A DNA stretch of 64,000 bases from Bryobacteraceae bacterium. GTDB taxonomy: Bacteria; Acidobacteriota; Terriglobia; Bryobacterales; Bryobacteraceae. The translations under genes and the position numbers were made by a program. The notes below the pieces were generated by a model that was not told the DNA's origin, did no database searches, and saw nothing but the letters and a program-made list of their open reading frames with translations. Shown here one piece after another: positions 15,743 to 25,729 of this stretch (position 1 is its first letter; each line of letters begins with the position of its first letter). Location: contig JANWVO010000038.1 in NCBI GenBank assembly GCA_025056865.1, positions 175,587 through 239,586 of the forward strand, given 5' to 3'.

Positions 15743-16870
15743 ATGCGCTACACGTGTGCCTCTCTTCTCATGCTGGCTCTGGGAGTGGCTGCGCAAACCA
15801 CAGACTCAGCTCCCGCCGCGCCGCTGCCCGAAACCTTCCGCTGGAAACGGCTCAACTACAGCGGCTACATCGACGCTTTCTACGACCTCAACTACAATCA
15901 CCCTGTTTCGGGCGTTTCCCAGCTCCAGGCGTTCAACCTGACTGCCGACAAATGGAGCCTGGCCAGCGCCACTGCCAGCGTCTCCGTGGATCCCGCGCCT
16001 TTCGGCTTTCGAGTGGATGCCGGCGCGGGGCGCGTCTACGATGCATTTTGGCTGAGCGAGCCTTCGCACACCTCCTGGACCCGTCACCTGCTGAACGCGT
16101 ATGTTTCGCTGAAGCCGTCCTCCTGGAAAGGCGTGCAGGTGGACATGGGCAAATTCGTCACCAGCGCGGGGGCGGAGGTCACCGAAAGCCATCTGAACTG
16201 GAACTACTCCCGCAGCCTGCTGTTTGCCTTCGGGCCCTACTACCACACGGGAATCCGGGCCAGCATGCCTGCCGGGCAGCGCTGGACGCTGGGCGGAGCT
16301 CTGGTCACCGGCTGGAACACAATCCGCGACAACAACTCGGCCAAGACGTTCGGCATCACCAGCACCGGCAACTTCGGCAGGGTGCAGATCGCAAACACCT
16401 ACTACGCCGGCCCGGAAAACACCGGCACGAACCAGGGCTGGCGGCACTTCTACGATTCGGTGGTGACAGTGACGCCGAACAGCCGCGTCTCGATGTATGT
16501 GAACCTCGACGTGGGCAGGCAGCGTTTTCCGGCCGCCCCCTCCGCGTCCTTCTGGGGCGTGGCCGGCGCGGCGCGCATCCGGCTTTCGCGGAACGTCGCC
16601 CTGGCCCCGCGCCTGGAACATTACAGCGACAGCGACGGCTTCTGGACCGGCGCTCCTTCGCGCTTCCGCGAGTTTACGCTGACGGCGGAATCCCGGCTGA
16701 ACGACTGCCTCATCTCCCGGCTGGAACTCCGCAAGGACTGGTCCGACCGCCCCATCTTCGAAGCTGGCCCCGCGGGCAGGCTGCGCCGGCATCAGATGAT
16801 GCTGGTAGCGGGCGTCATGATCGTGATCAAGCCGGGCCTAACGGCACTGCCCGGGCGCGGCGGAAAGTAG
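15743..16870 (+). CDS. Outer-membrane beta-barrel porin (bbp2/OmpL-like family)
   Basis: 375-aa ORF with RBS AGGAG and a signal peptide (MRYTCASLLMLALGVAAQ). It shows YSGYIDAFYDLNYNHP and the alternating beta-strand pattern typical of this porin family. Confidence 0.7.
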   Translation: MRYTCASLLMLALGVAAQTTDSAPAAPLPETFRWKRLNYSGYIDAFYDLNYNHPVSGVSQLQAFNLTADKWSLASATASVSVDPAPFGFRVDAGAGRVYDAFWLSEPSHTSWTRHLLNAYVSLKPSSWKGVQVDMGKFVTSAGAEVTESHLNWNYSRSLLFAFGPYYHTGIRASMPAGQRWTLGGALVTGWNTIRDNNSAKTFGITSTGNFGRVQIANTYYAGPENTGTNQGWRHFYDSVVTVTPNSRVSMYVNLDVGRQRFPAAPSASFWGVAGAARIRLSRNVALAPRLEHYSDSDGFWTGAPSRFREFTLTAESRLNDCLISRLELRKDWSDRPIFEAGPAGRLRRHQMMLVAGVMIVIKPGLTALPGRGGK

Positions 16871-16886
16871 CGCGCCGGGCGGCCGC

Positions 16887-17687
16887 TCAGCCCGTGGACG
16901 CGTGATGATTCACCGGGCCGGAGCCGCCGCCGAGACCCGGATTGGTGCGGATCGCCTCGGTGATGTACCGCTTGGCGCGGGCCACGGCCTCGGGCAGATC
17001 GAGGCCGAGAGCCAGACACGCGGTGATCGCCGCCGAGTATGTGCAGCCTGTCCCATGCGTATGGCGCGTGTCGAACCGGGGCGCGCCATACCGCCGGAGA
17101 CCCCCCTGCCAGCACAGGACGTCGACGGCTTCGCCTTCGAGGTGGCCGCCTTTGATGAGCACGGCGGCGCCCGTGCGGTCAAAGATGCGCCTGGCGGCTT
17201 CCTCCATCTGTTCCACGGTCCGGATCCCGCAGCCTGCCAGCGCCGCAGCCTCGTGCAGATTCGGCGTCACCAGCGCCGCCCGCGGCAGCAGCTTCTGCTC
17301 GAGCACCGGGCGCGCCTCTTCCGCGATCAGGGGCGCGCCGTGCTTGGAGATCATCACGGGGTCGACCACCAGCGGGGCGCGCAGCCGGGGGGCAAGGGCG
17401 GCCACGGCCTCAATGATGGCGGCGTTGCCCAGCGCTCCCGTCTTCGCCGCCTGCGGAGGGATGTCTGCCAGCACGGCCTCCACCTGCGCCTCCACAAGGC
17501 GCGGCTCCAGGCAGACGACTTCGAAGACGTTGCAGGTGTTCTGTACGGTCAGCAGCGTCAGCGCCGCTTCGCCGTATACGCCGAACTGGTGGAACGTCTT
17601 CAGGTCGGCCTGAATGCCGGCTCCACCACTCGGATCCGATCCGGCGATCGTCAAGGCAACGGGCTTCACCCTCCCAGTGTCACTCAA
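16887..17687 (-). CDS. thiD: Hydroxymethylpyrimidine/phosphomethylpyrimidine kinase
   Basis: 266 aa. ALTIAGSDPSGGAGIQADLKTF, VVDPVMISKHG and THGTGCTYSAAITA are classic ThiD motifs. Confidence 0.92.
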   Translation of the reverse strand: MSDTGRVKPVALTIAGSDPSGGAGIQADLKTFHQFGVYGEAALTLLTVQNTCNVFEVVCLEPRLVEAQVEAVLADIPPQAAKTGALGNAAIIEAVAALAPRLRAPLVVDPVMISKHGAPLIAEEARPVLEQKLLPRAALVTPNLHEAAALAGCGIRTVEQMEEAARRIFDRTGAAVLIKGGHLEGEAVDVLCWQGGLRRYGAPRFDTRHTHGTGCTYSAAITACLALGLDLPEAVARAKRYITEAIRTNPGLGGGSGPVNHHASTG

Positions 17688-19443
17688 GCCGGAGCCGGCC
17701 TGTCGAAACCCTGCCTACAGAGTTGAAGACTTCCACTTCCACCGAATCGAGCTCCGTGTGCGTGCCCGACACCGGAAAGTGCGCGCGCAGGCGGAAGGCG
17801 CTGCCCGAAATCGACCTGTAGTATTCGGAAAACTGGGCGGCGGCATCCACCTCGATCCGCCCCGGTGCCGCCGCCTGTCCGGACTTGAGATAAAAGGTGA
17901 AGGCGAGCCGGGAAGCCGAGCGCACCGTATCGTAGCCGGTCAGGATGACCTCCGCATTGGCGGATGCCACGCTGGCCTTTGCGCTTGTCAGGGCCACCGC
18001 GCCGGGGGCGATGCGGAAGCTGGCGGCGCCGGTTTTGCTGCCGATCGAAGCGCGGATCTGAATGAGTCCCGCTGTCGTGCCTGTTTGCAGGAGGATTTCG
18101 CCGGAGCTGGCCGCCCCCTCCGCAATGCTGAGGGGCATGGTCCGGATCGAATTCGGCAGCAACATCACGGCGGTGTCATCCGGCAGTCCCGTGTCCGGCA
18201 GGAAAGAAACACTGACCGCAACGGAGAGATTGGTCCGCGCCGCTTCAGACAGCTTCACCCGGAAGCGGATCTGGCGCGCCGGACCCGGCTCGTCGAGCAG
18301 CTCGACAGACGGAGTGGGTGTCGGGAAATCCGTAACGGTGACTTCCACCGGGAAGGTCCGCTGGCCTTCCACCACGTTGCCACGGGCAAAGCCGACTTTA
18401 TCGCTCGAAAAACTCAAATTGTAGTATCCGGCCTGGCTGTCGGCCTGGATCTGGAATCCCTCGCCCGTCACCGACAGCGGCACGGCGGGCGTCACCCGGA
18501 TGCGCCTGCTCAGAACCGACCGGCGCTCCACGGAGCCAAGCTGAGCTGCCTCGCCGGCCTTGAGGGTCTGCCATCCTGAAGCCGTCTCCAACTCGACGAC
18601 GGGCAAACCCTGGCTGGAACCCAGGAGAGTGACCTTCAAGTCATTGATATACAGAGTCCTCGAGTACTCGCCGGGGGCCTCCGGTGCAAAACGAACCCAG
18701 AAATCGGCGAAGTCCCCGGGAGCAATGGTCCGGGGCGGGAAGAACTGGTCAAATGTCCTGAACGGACCGGGGTCAATGGAGAGACGCGTGATTACGACAG
18801 CAATCGAACCCGTGTTGCGCACCCGAAAACGCGCTGTCGAAGAATCACCCGGCGCGGCTGGGGGCATCACGAAGGAGTTGCCCACAGGCTTCTCCTGCCC
18901 GCCTTCCACCAGAAGGAGCTGGAACACTGGGGCATCTGCGAGAGGCACCGCAGAAGTCCGCCCCTCTGCGTCCTTCACGAACAGGGCGTCCTCTGCCCGT
19001 TCCAGGACGTATCCTTCGCCGATCACTTCTGGCCATTGGGATGGAGGAGGCAGATCCGGGTCATCGGCTCCGAAGACAAGGCTCTCTGCGGCAGGGTTCC
19101 ATTCTGCAACCTCATTTGTAGTTGGGAAATGGAACAACCAGGTTCCTCTCTCCCGGTGGAACATCGCCGCGGCGGGTCCCTCTGGTACCTCGAACACCAT
19201 CCACTCGCCGGACTCCATGCGAATCCAGAGGCGGTTCGCTGTCTTGTACCACAATAGTCGTTCGACAAACCCCCCGCTCTCTACCCCCGTGGGCACCAGG
19301 GCGGGAGCCTGCCAGGCTCCCTGCACCCCCACCAGTGCCCGAAGTGCGCCTCTGCCATCACTGAAATAACCGGCAACGGGCGGTTCCTGGGCGGCGGCCG
19401 AACAGGCCAACAGCAGAACGGCAGCAAAGATCCTCAGGCTCAT
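17680..19443 (-). CDS. Secreted hypothetical protein with Ig-like/beta-sandwich repeats
   Basis: Lower part of ORF 17680..19593, from the ATG at 19443 (MSLRIFAAVLLLACSAAAQ, a signal peptide). That start overlaps the upstream stop by 4 nt. The segment ARFRVRNTGSIAVVITRL...PGDFADFWVRFAPEAPGEYSRTLYI resembles choice-of-anchor-D/HYDIN-type Ig domains; confidence in that family assignment is low. Confidence 0.6.
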   Translation of the reverse strand: MSLRIFAAVLLLACSAAAQEPPVAGYFSDGRGALRALVGVQGAWQAPALVPTGVESGGFVERLLWYKTANRLWIRMESGEWMVFEVPEGPAAAMFHRERGTWLFHFPTTNEVAEWNPAAESLVFGADDPDLPPPSQWPEVIGEGYVLERAEDALFVKDAEGRTSAVPLADAPVFQLLLVEGGQEKPVGNSFVMPPAAPGDSSTARFRVRNTGSIAVVITRLSIDPGPFRTFDQFFPPRTIAPGDFADFWVRFAPEAPGEYSRTLYINDLKVTLLGSSQGLPVVELETASGWQTLKAGEAAQLGSVERRSVLSRRIRVTPAVPLSVTGEGFQIQADSQAGYYNLSFSSDKVGFARGNVVEGQRTFPVEVTVTDFPTPTPSVELLDEPGPARQIRFRVKLSEAARTNLSVAVSVSFLPDTGLPDDTAVMLLPNSIRTMPLSIAEGAASSGEILLQTGTTAGLIQIRASIGSKTGAASFRIAPGAVALTSAKASVASANAEVILTGYDTVRSASRLAFTFYLKSGQAAAPGRIEVDAAAQFSEYYRSISGSAFRLRAHFPVSGTHTELDSVEVEVFNSVGRVSTGRLRLE

Positions 19444-20081
19444 GGTTTCCCCACGGTGATTGTAGGAGTCCCGATGGAGGGGGGTACGACCACCACAGCG
19501 GGCGGCTGATAGACAGTGGCTTTTCCGCCCCCTTTGCCCGCCATGCCCACCCCGGCGGCGGCACCGGCGCCCACCAGAGCGAGCAAGAGCCACTTCCTGC
19601 CGGAAGAGGGTGCTTTGAAGCCCGGATTGGACCTGTCTTCCCGCGTCACCACGGCATGCCGGGAGACTTCCACGGGAATCGCGGCAGTTCCCTTCCTGTC
19701 ACCATTGCTTGCCAGAACGGAGATTTCCAGCTTTCCCGGTTGGCTGCCCCACTGGATGCCGTATACGGTGGCCATTCCACGCGAATCCGTCAGCGTGCTT
19801 TCCGAGCGCAGCCCGCTGGAGAATGTCCCCGTGGGGCCTTCCGCCGGCAGCCGGAAGTGAACGGTGGCACCCGGCACAGGCTGCCCCATTTCGTCTTTGA
19901 CTACAACAGTAAAACGCCGGGAAGAGAGCGCCCCGCCGGGAACGACCGCACCGGCACCCTCCTGGATCTCCACCCGAAGCTGCCCTTGGCCCCACAAGGC
20001 GACGGGGAGCAGGACCCACGCCGCCAGAGGACGCCATCGAGGCTGGGCGGACACACTGCGCCGCAAACCGACTGCGCCCAT
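19440..20081 (-). CDS. Secreted/membrane-anchored protein with a bacterial Ig-like (Big_1/invasin-like) domain
   Basis: 213 aa with an N-terminal signal. The domain FTVVVKDEMGQPVPGATVHFRL...TLTDSRGMATVYGIQWGSQPGKLEISV is followed by a C-terminal hydrophobic helix (WLLLALVGAGAAAGVGMA). Confidence 0.6.
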   Translation of the reverse strand: MGAVGLRRSVSAQPRWRPLAAWVLLPVALWGQGQLRVEIQEGAGAVVPGGALSSRRFTVVVKDEMGQPVPGATVHFRLPAEGPTGTFSSGLRSESTLTDSRGMATVYGIQWGSQPGKLEISVLASNGDRKGTAAIPVEVSRHAVVTREDRSNPGFKAPSSGRKWLLLALVGAGAAAGVGMAGKGGGKATVYQPPAVVVVPPSIGTPTITVGKP

Positions 20082-20115
20082 GTCTCCAGACCTGCCTTTC
20101 CAGCGGGCGGAGGGA

Positions 20116-20823
20116 TCAGTGCTGGATCAGGACTACGGTGATGTTGTCCGGACCGCCGGCCTCGCGCGCCGCCTCGATAAGTAAGTGGGCGCGATCCTCC
20201 AAAGATATCGGGCGAAGTAGGATCTCCCGGATTTCTTCTTCGGGGACGGGGCCGTGGAGGCCGTCAGAGGAAAGCAGGACGAGGCTGCCGGGGGGCAGCT
20301 CGACGGGAAAAACCTGAATGCGCAATTCCGGGCTGACGCCCAGCGCCATGGTGAGCACGTGGCGCATGGGGTGAAGGCGCAGGTTCTCCTCGCTGATGCC
20401 GAGGGGCCGGCCGACTTCATTCACCCACGACTGGTCCTGCGTGAGCTGCACCAGCGACTCTCCCTGAAGCATCCACGCGCGGCTGTCTCCGACGTTGGCG
20501 ATCACGCACTCGGCCCCCGTCTCGAGCAGGCACACGAGGGTCGTGCCCATGCCGCGGAGCCGGGGATCGGCGTTGGCCGCGTCCAGAATGCGCTGGTTGG
20601 CGTGCTGAATGGCGCGAACCAGCGTGTCCGCGTCCCGGATGGAGGTGGATTTCAGGAACGAGTGGACGCTCTGCACGGCGAGCTGCGAGGCCACTTCGCC
20701 CGCCTCGGCGCCACCCATGCCATCGGCGACGATGTAGAGGCCCAGGCTGGGATCCACGAGGTAGGAATCCTCGTTGTTGGTCCTTACGCAGCCGACGTCG
20801 CTCAGTCCGTAGGATGAAAGCAC
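20116..20823 (-). CDS. PP2C-family Ser/Thr protein phosphatase
   Basis: 235 aa, GTG start. Motifs: GLSDVGCVRTNNEDS, VADGMGG, NVGDSRA, LLSSDGL, GGPDNITVV. Confidence 0.9.
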   Translation of the reverse strand: MLSSYGLSDVGCVRTNNEDSYLVDPSLGLYIVADGMGGAEAGEVASQLAVQSVHSFLKSTSIRDADTLVRAIQHANQRILDAANADPRLRGMGTTLVCLLETGAECVIANVGDSRAWMLQGESLVQLTQDQSWVNEVGRPLGISEENLRLHPMRHVLTMALGVSPELRIQVFPVELPPGSLVLLSSDGLHGPVPEEEIREILLRPISLEDRAHLLIEAAREAGGPDNITVVLIQH

Positions 20824-20982
20824 GCTTCCCTGAGATTATAGACGCAATCGGCAGCAGCCGCATTGCGGCTGCCCGCAGCCGGAGCATGGCGGGAAAAGCG
20901 CGCGGACCGCAGGCGGCCCCACTCCTGCGTCACAGCGCCCGGCGCGGGAGGCCGCTCTGGCGCAGGGCGGTCCGCGCGCCGG

Positions 20983-23900
20983 TCAGAAGTTCACGCGCAG
21001 CGCGAGCTGGATGACGCGCCAGCTCTCGCCGTTCTGGTTGGTGGTGGCGGAGCTGGCCGTGGACAGCGTCACGCAGCAGGTCTGCCCGAACACGGTGGAG
21101 GTGATGGCGGGCGAGCCGACGCTGGCATCGCGCGGATTGCGGAAATTGGGGTGGTTGAACGCGTTGAAGAATTCGGCGCGGAAGGTGACGCGGATGCGCT
21201 CCGTCGCCGCTACCTGCTTGGCCAGCGCGGCATCGAGGTTGCGGAAGCTGGGCCCCTGGAAAATGTTCCGGCCCAGCCCCAGCTCGCCCGGCTCGGGGAA
21301 CGTGAATGCGCTGGCATCCTGGAACAGCACGGGACCGATGACGCCAGCCTTTTCCTGAAGCTTCGCTTTCGGCAGGCTGGCGCCCGGCGCAAGCGCCGCG
21401 CGCGACTGCGCCGAGGCATTGTGCGTGAGCGCGCCGGAGCGCACCGTGAAGGGTTCGCCGGACTGATACGTGTAGAGTCCCGAGATGCTCCAGCCGCCGA
21501 TGAGCCCGTTCAGCAGGCCGCCGGCGTTGCCAAGCCACGTTCTGCCGCGGCCGAAGGGCAGCTCGTAGACGCCGGCGATGTTGAGCACGTGGCGCTGGTC
21601 GTAGTCGGACAGGGCGCGCTCATTGCGGTAGTTGCGGGCGTCGGCGGGCGTGCGGGCGGCGGTGGTGGTCAGGCCGCCGCCGACGGTGGCGTGCACGGGG
21701 TCGAGCGAGAGGTTGTCGATCGACTTGCCCAGCGTGTAGGCGGCGTTCAGCAGCAGGCCCGCGCGGTCGAAGCGGCGGCGCACGGCGAACTGCGCGGAGT
21801 GGTAGATCGAATCGCCGCCGTTGTCGACATACATGATCTGGGCGAACTGCGGATTCGGGCGCAGGCGCGCGGCCAGGGTGCTCTGTTCAATGCGGTTGCC
21901 GAAGCTGCCGGCGGCGTTCTGCGCCAGCTCGGACTGCGTCTGCGAGCTGTTGGCGAAGGCCGCCGTAATCAGGCCCTGGCGGATGATGGGCACATCCTGC
22001 GCGCCCGGGCAAGGCGCTCCGCTCGCCAGCGTCCCATCGGGCCGGCAGCCGCCGCCGAGACGCAGGTTGTGGCGCATGGCGAGGAAGGAAGGCAGGATCG
22101 GCGTGACATCGATCTGGTTGGCGTCATAGGCGCGGTACAGGCGCGTGCCGCGGCGCCCCACGTAGGCGGCGCTGACCAGAAAGCCGCCGGGCAGCTCGCG
22201 CTGAATGTCGAAGTTCCACATGTGGACCGTCGGCATCTGGAGGTTCTGGTCGAATACGCGCACCGGAGGCGCGTTGGTGACCACCTGCGCCGGCGGCGAC
22301 AGGAAGCTGGAGGGCTTCACCGTCGGCGGCGGCAGCTCGCGCGGGAAGCCCTGGCCGAGGCGCACGTCGGGCACGGAGGCGCAGCCTGGCGTGGTGACCA
22401 GCGCGCCGCCGCTGCCGGAAAACTGCGAGCTGCAACGGTAGGTCTGGCCGGGCACGGACGTCGCCACGCTGGTCACAATGAACGAGCCGAGCGGGTCGAA
22501 GGCCATGCTGTAACCAGTGCGGAAGACCGTGCCGCGCAGTCTTGAGGGCGCCCAGGCGAAGCTGATGCGCGGCGCCACCGCGCCCAGGTTCCGGTTCTGA
22601 TACCAGCGCTTCGCCGGGACGAACGTGACCGGGCCGTCGCGGCCATCGATCATGCGGTCCGGCACGTAGACGCGGCCGCCGGCTTCCGTCGGCGGCAGGT
22701 TGATCTCCCAGCGCACGCCATAGTTCATGGTGAGATTCGGCCGCAGCTTCCACTCGTCCTGCGCGTAGAAGTTGTACTGCTTCAGGCGCTGCCCCTGCGC
22801 CCAAAGCGTCACGCTCTTGTCCCCGGTCTGGAAGGGCAGGAAGGCGTCGCTCTTGAGGTCGCCGAGGAAGACCTGCGTGAGGCCGGCGGGAATGCCCAGC
22901 AGATCGTTGATCATGCCCTGGAGGCGGTTGAGATCTACGGCCGCGATGCCGGGCCGCGAGCCCGAGGCCACTGCCGGCAGCGTGAAGCCCGCCGGCGGGC
23001 GCGTGGTGCGCGACAGCGAAATGGCCGGCACGAGGCTGGTGCCGCCGACGTCGCCGCGCTGATCGTTGTGCTGATAAAAGCGGAGGTTGGCTCCGAACCG
23101 GTAGACGTGGCGGCCGGTGATGAAGCTCAGGTTCTCGACGATCTGCGGCGTGGTGACCGCGCGGAACGTGCGCGGATTGGCGGTGTAGTCGACGTCGGAG
23201 TTGTTGAAGGTGAACCTCGGCTGGTTGGGGAAGTCCGGGTGCGCCTCGCCCTGCGTGAACAGGAACGAGAAGCGGGCCAGCCCGAGCGTCAGCTCATTGA
23301 CCACGCGCGGAGAGAGCACGCTGCGGATGCCGATGGCGATGTTCTTCGCCGGCCGGAACACTTCGCCGCGCGGCGGGAAGCCGGGCAGCACCGCGGGGCG
23401 GCCGTTGAGCGGGTCGCCGCCGAGCGTCTGCTGGTCGGCGCCCAGATAGCGGCCGAAGATGGAGTGCTTCGAGGAGAGCTGGTGATCGATGCGGAACATG
23501 TAATGCGGCCCGCGGATGCGGAACGGCGTGTTCCAGACATAGATGCCGGTGTTCAGCCCGTCGCCGGCGGTATAGGAATTCGGCGCCGGATAGCGGCCAA
23601 GCACGGACTTCACCAGCGGATCGATGCCCCGGCCGAGAGGATCGGCCGTGAAGATGTTGAACGACGCGATGCAGTTGGTGTCTCCCGCGCTCTGGCAGTC
23701 GCGGACGCCGGGCGCATAGCGGCCGGTCACCGGATCCACCAGCACGGGCGAGTTCTGCGTGATGCGCTGGCCATTGATGACCAGAGGGTTCACGGGATCC
23801 GCCACCCAGTAGCGGAACACGCCGTTCAGCGCCGCCGGCGTGTACAGGTCCACCGATTCGCCGAACGCCTTGTCGATGGGATCGGCGAAGTTCACCTTCT

Positions 23901-24789
23901 GTCCCTGCCAGCTTGTGAAGAAGAACGTGCGGTTCTTTTTTACCGGCCCGCCCACTTCGTAGCCGTACTGGTTGAGCTGGATGACCGGCTTGGGCTGCCC
24001 CTGCGCCTTGGCGAAGAACTCGTGGGCGTTGAGCGCGGTGTTCCGGAAGTAGTGGAACAGCGTGCCGTGGAACTCATTGGTGCCGGAGCGCGTGGCGATG
24101 GAGATGTTGGCCCCGGAGTTGCGGCCCTCTTCGGCGGTGGGGTTGAGCGTGGTGACCTTGAACTCCTGCACGTTGTCCGGGTTGAGGCGGAAGATGTTGT
24201 TCACCGGGTTGGAGTAGGAGGACTCATTGGCCTCGATGCCGTCGATGGTGACGTTGTTTGCCGTGGGCCGCGCGCCGTTGACGGTGATGGTGTTGCCCGA
24301 GCGCTGCGTCACGCCCCGCTCGTACATCAGCAGCGTGAGCGGGTTGCGCCCGTTGAGCGGCAGGTTGACGATGGCGCGCTGTTCGATCACGTTGCCCAGC
24401 GTCGCGCTGGAAGTCTGGAGCATCTCCGCGCTGGCGCTCACGACGACGCTTTCGGTGGGCGCGCCCACTTCAAGCGTCACGTCCAGCGTGACCGGGGTGT
24501 TCACCTGAAGCACCACGCCGGGCCGCACCGCCGTGCGGAACCCGGGCGCTTCCACGCGCAGCGTGTACGAGCCCACCGGAACGGACGGGAACGAGTACAG
24601 GCCGGCATCGGTGGTCTCCTGCCTTTCGCTCACGCCGGTGGCGTCATTGGTGAGCGTCACCGTGGCGCGCGGCACGATGGCGCCGCTCGAGTCGAGCACG
24701 GTGCCGGAGATGCGCGTCGTCGATGTCTGTGCGGCCGCCGAAAGCGCGCACAGCAGAGCAGTCGTCAGCAGAACGGAGATCTTCCTCAT
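20983..24789 (-). CDS. TonB-dependent outer-membrane receptor with N-terminal carboxypeptidase-regulatory-like domain
   Basis: ORF 20983..24870, from the ATG at 24789 (MRKISVLLTTALLCALSAAAQ). ISGTVLDSSGAIVPRATVTLTNDATG...YSFPSVPVGSYTL is CarboxypepD_reg. A plug domain follows, then a roughly 1000-aa barrel ending ...LALRVNF. Confidence 0.9.
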   Translation of the reverse strand: MRKISVLLTTALLCALSAAAQTSTTRISGTVLDSSGAIVPRATVTLTNDATGVSERQETTDAGLYSFPSVPVGSYTLRVEAPGFRTAVRPGVVLQVNTPVTLDVTLEVGAPTESVVVSASAEMLQTSSATLGNVIEQRAIVNLPLNGRNPLTLLMYERGVTQRSGNTITVNGARPTANNVTIDGIEANESSYSNPVNNIFRLNPDNVQEFKVTTLNPTAEEGRNSGANISIATRSGTNEFHGTLFHYFRNTALNAHEFFAKAQGQPKPVIQLNQYGYEVGGPVKKNRTFFFTSWQGQKVNFADPIDKAFGESVDLYTPAALNGVFRYWVADPVNPLVINGQRITQNSPVLVDPVTGRYAPGVRDCQSAGDTNCIASFNIFTADPLGRGIDPLVKSVLGRYPAPNSYTAGDGLNTGIYVWNTPFRIRGPHYMFRIDHQLSSKHSIFGRYLGADQQTLGGDPLNGRPAVLPGFPPRGEVFRPAKNIAIGIRSVLSPRVVNELTLGLARFSFLFTQGEAHPDFPNQPRFTFNNSDVDYTANPRTFRAVTTPQIVENLSFITGRHVYRFGANLRFYQHNDQRGDVGGTSLVPAISLSRTTRPPAGFTLPAVASGSRPGIAAVDLNRLQGMINDLLGIPAGLTQVFLGDLKSDAFLPFQTGDKSVTLWAQGQRLKQYNFYAQDEWKLRPNLTMNYGVRWEINLPPTEAGGRVYVPDRMIDGRDGPVTFVPAKRWYQNRNLGAVAPRISFAWAPSRLRGTVFRTGYSMAFDPLGSFIVTSVATSVPGQTYRCSSQFSGSGGALVTTPGCASVPDVRLGQGFPRELPPPTVKPSSFLSPPAQVVTNAPPVRVFDQNLQMPTVHMWNFDIQRELPGGFLVSAAYVGRRGTRLYRAYDANQIDVTPILPSFLAMRHNLRLGGGCRPDGTLASGAPCPGAQDVPIIRQGLITAAFANSSQTQSELAQNAAGSFGNRIEQSTLAARLRPNPQFAQIMYVDNGGDSIYHSAQFAVRRRFDRAGLLLNAAYTLGKSIDNLSLDPVHATVGGGLTTTAARTPADARNYRNERALSDYDQRHVLNIAGVYELPFGRGRTWLGNAGGLLNGLIGGWSISGLYTYQSGEPFTVRSGALTHNASAQSRAALAPGASLPKAKLQEKAGVIGPVLFQDASAFTFPEPGELGLGRNIFQGPSFRNLDAALAKQVAATERIRVTFRAEFFNAFNHPNFRNPRDASVGSPAITSTVFGQTCCVTLSTASSATTNQNGESWRVIQLALRVNF

Positions 24790-24885
24790 TGCGAGCCCCC
24801 TATGGATGGCAATCCCCGCGGACGCGGCGAGTATGTGATGTTGGGTACCACATCGCCGCGCTTCTGTCAAGGATTCCGCAGGCGC

Positions 24886-25647
24886 TCAGGACGCGGCGAG
24901 CTCGCGCAGCCGCAGGGCGTTGCGGACGGCGCAGCCGGCGGCATCGTTGTTGAAGAACGCGTAGACGTCGAGGCCTTCGCCGAGCCACGCCCGGATCCGT
25001 CCGGCCCACTGCTGCAACTGCTGTTCGCTGTAGCTGGAGGCGAACAGCGCTCCGGGGCCGTGGAAGCGCAGATAGACGAAAGAGCCCTGCGGCTCGAGCG
25101 GCGCCTGCGGATAGCGGGAGGAGTCCGCCACGACGAGCGCCCCGCCGTGCCTGCGCACGATCTCCGCCGCTGCGCCCTCGAACCAGGAAGCGTGCCGGAA
25201 CTCGAAGGCCAGCCGCAGCGGGCGCGCCCGCCGCTCCGCGCCGTGCGCGCAAAGGAACTCCTCGAGCAGCGCAGGCTGGGCGCGGAAGGACGGCGGGAAC
25301 TGAAGCAGCACCGGGCCGAGCTTCACGCCCAGCTCCGCCGCTGCCGTCAGGAAATCCTTCCACCGCTCCGCCACGCCCTGGAGCCGCATGTCGTGCGTGA
25401 TGGAGCGGTGCGCCTTCACCGCAAAGAGAAAGCCCTCCGGCGTCTGCGCCGCCTGCTTGCGGAACGTCTCCGGACGCGGCATGTGGTAGAAGCTCGCATT
25501 GAGCTCCACGGCGGAGAAGGTCTCCGCATAGATCCGCAGCCAGTCCGCCGATTTCGACTCCTCCGGATACAGCACGCCGCGCCAGTGGGGATACGACCAG
25601 CCCGAGGTGCCCGCCCACAGCCGTCCCTTGTTCTTCCGCGCAGCCAT
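24886..25647 (-). CDS. DUF72 family protein
   Basis: 253 aa. GTSGWSYPHWRGVLYP...FSAVELNASFY...FEFRHASW is the conserved DUF72 pattern. Confidence 0.85.
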   Translation of the reverse strand: MAARKNKGRLWAGTSGWSYPHWRGVLYPEESKSADWLRIYAETFSAVELNASFYHMPRPETFRKQAAQTPEGFLFAVKAHRSITHDMRLQGVAERWKDFLTAAAELGVKLGPVLLQFPPSFRAQPALLEEFLCAHGAERRARPLRLAFEFRHASWFEGAAAEIVRRHGGALVVADSSRYPQAPLEPQGSFVYLRFHGPGALFASSYSEQQLQQWAGRIRAWLGEGLDVYAFFNNDAAGCAVRNALRLRELAAS

Positions 25648-25729
25648 GATCCGCCTGCCGATCCCGGAATGTAACGCTTTTTGCGCCGCGCCGCCACCGG
25701 GATTACAATGCGCCTTAGGACCCGAGGCG

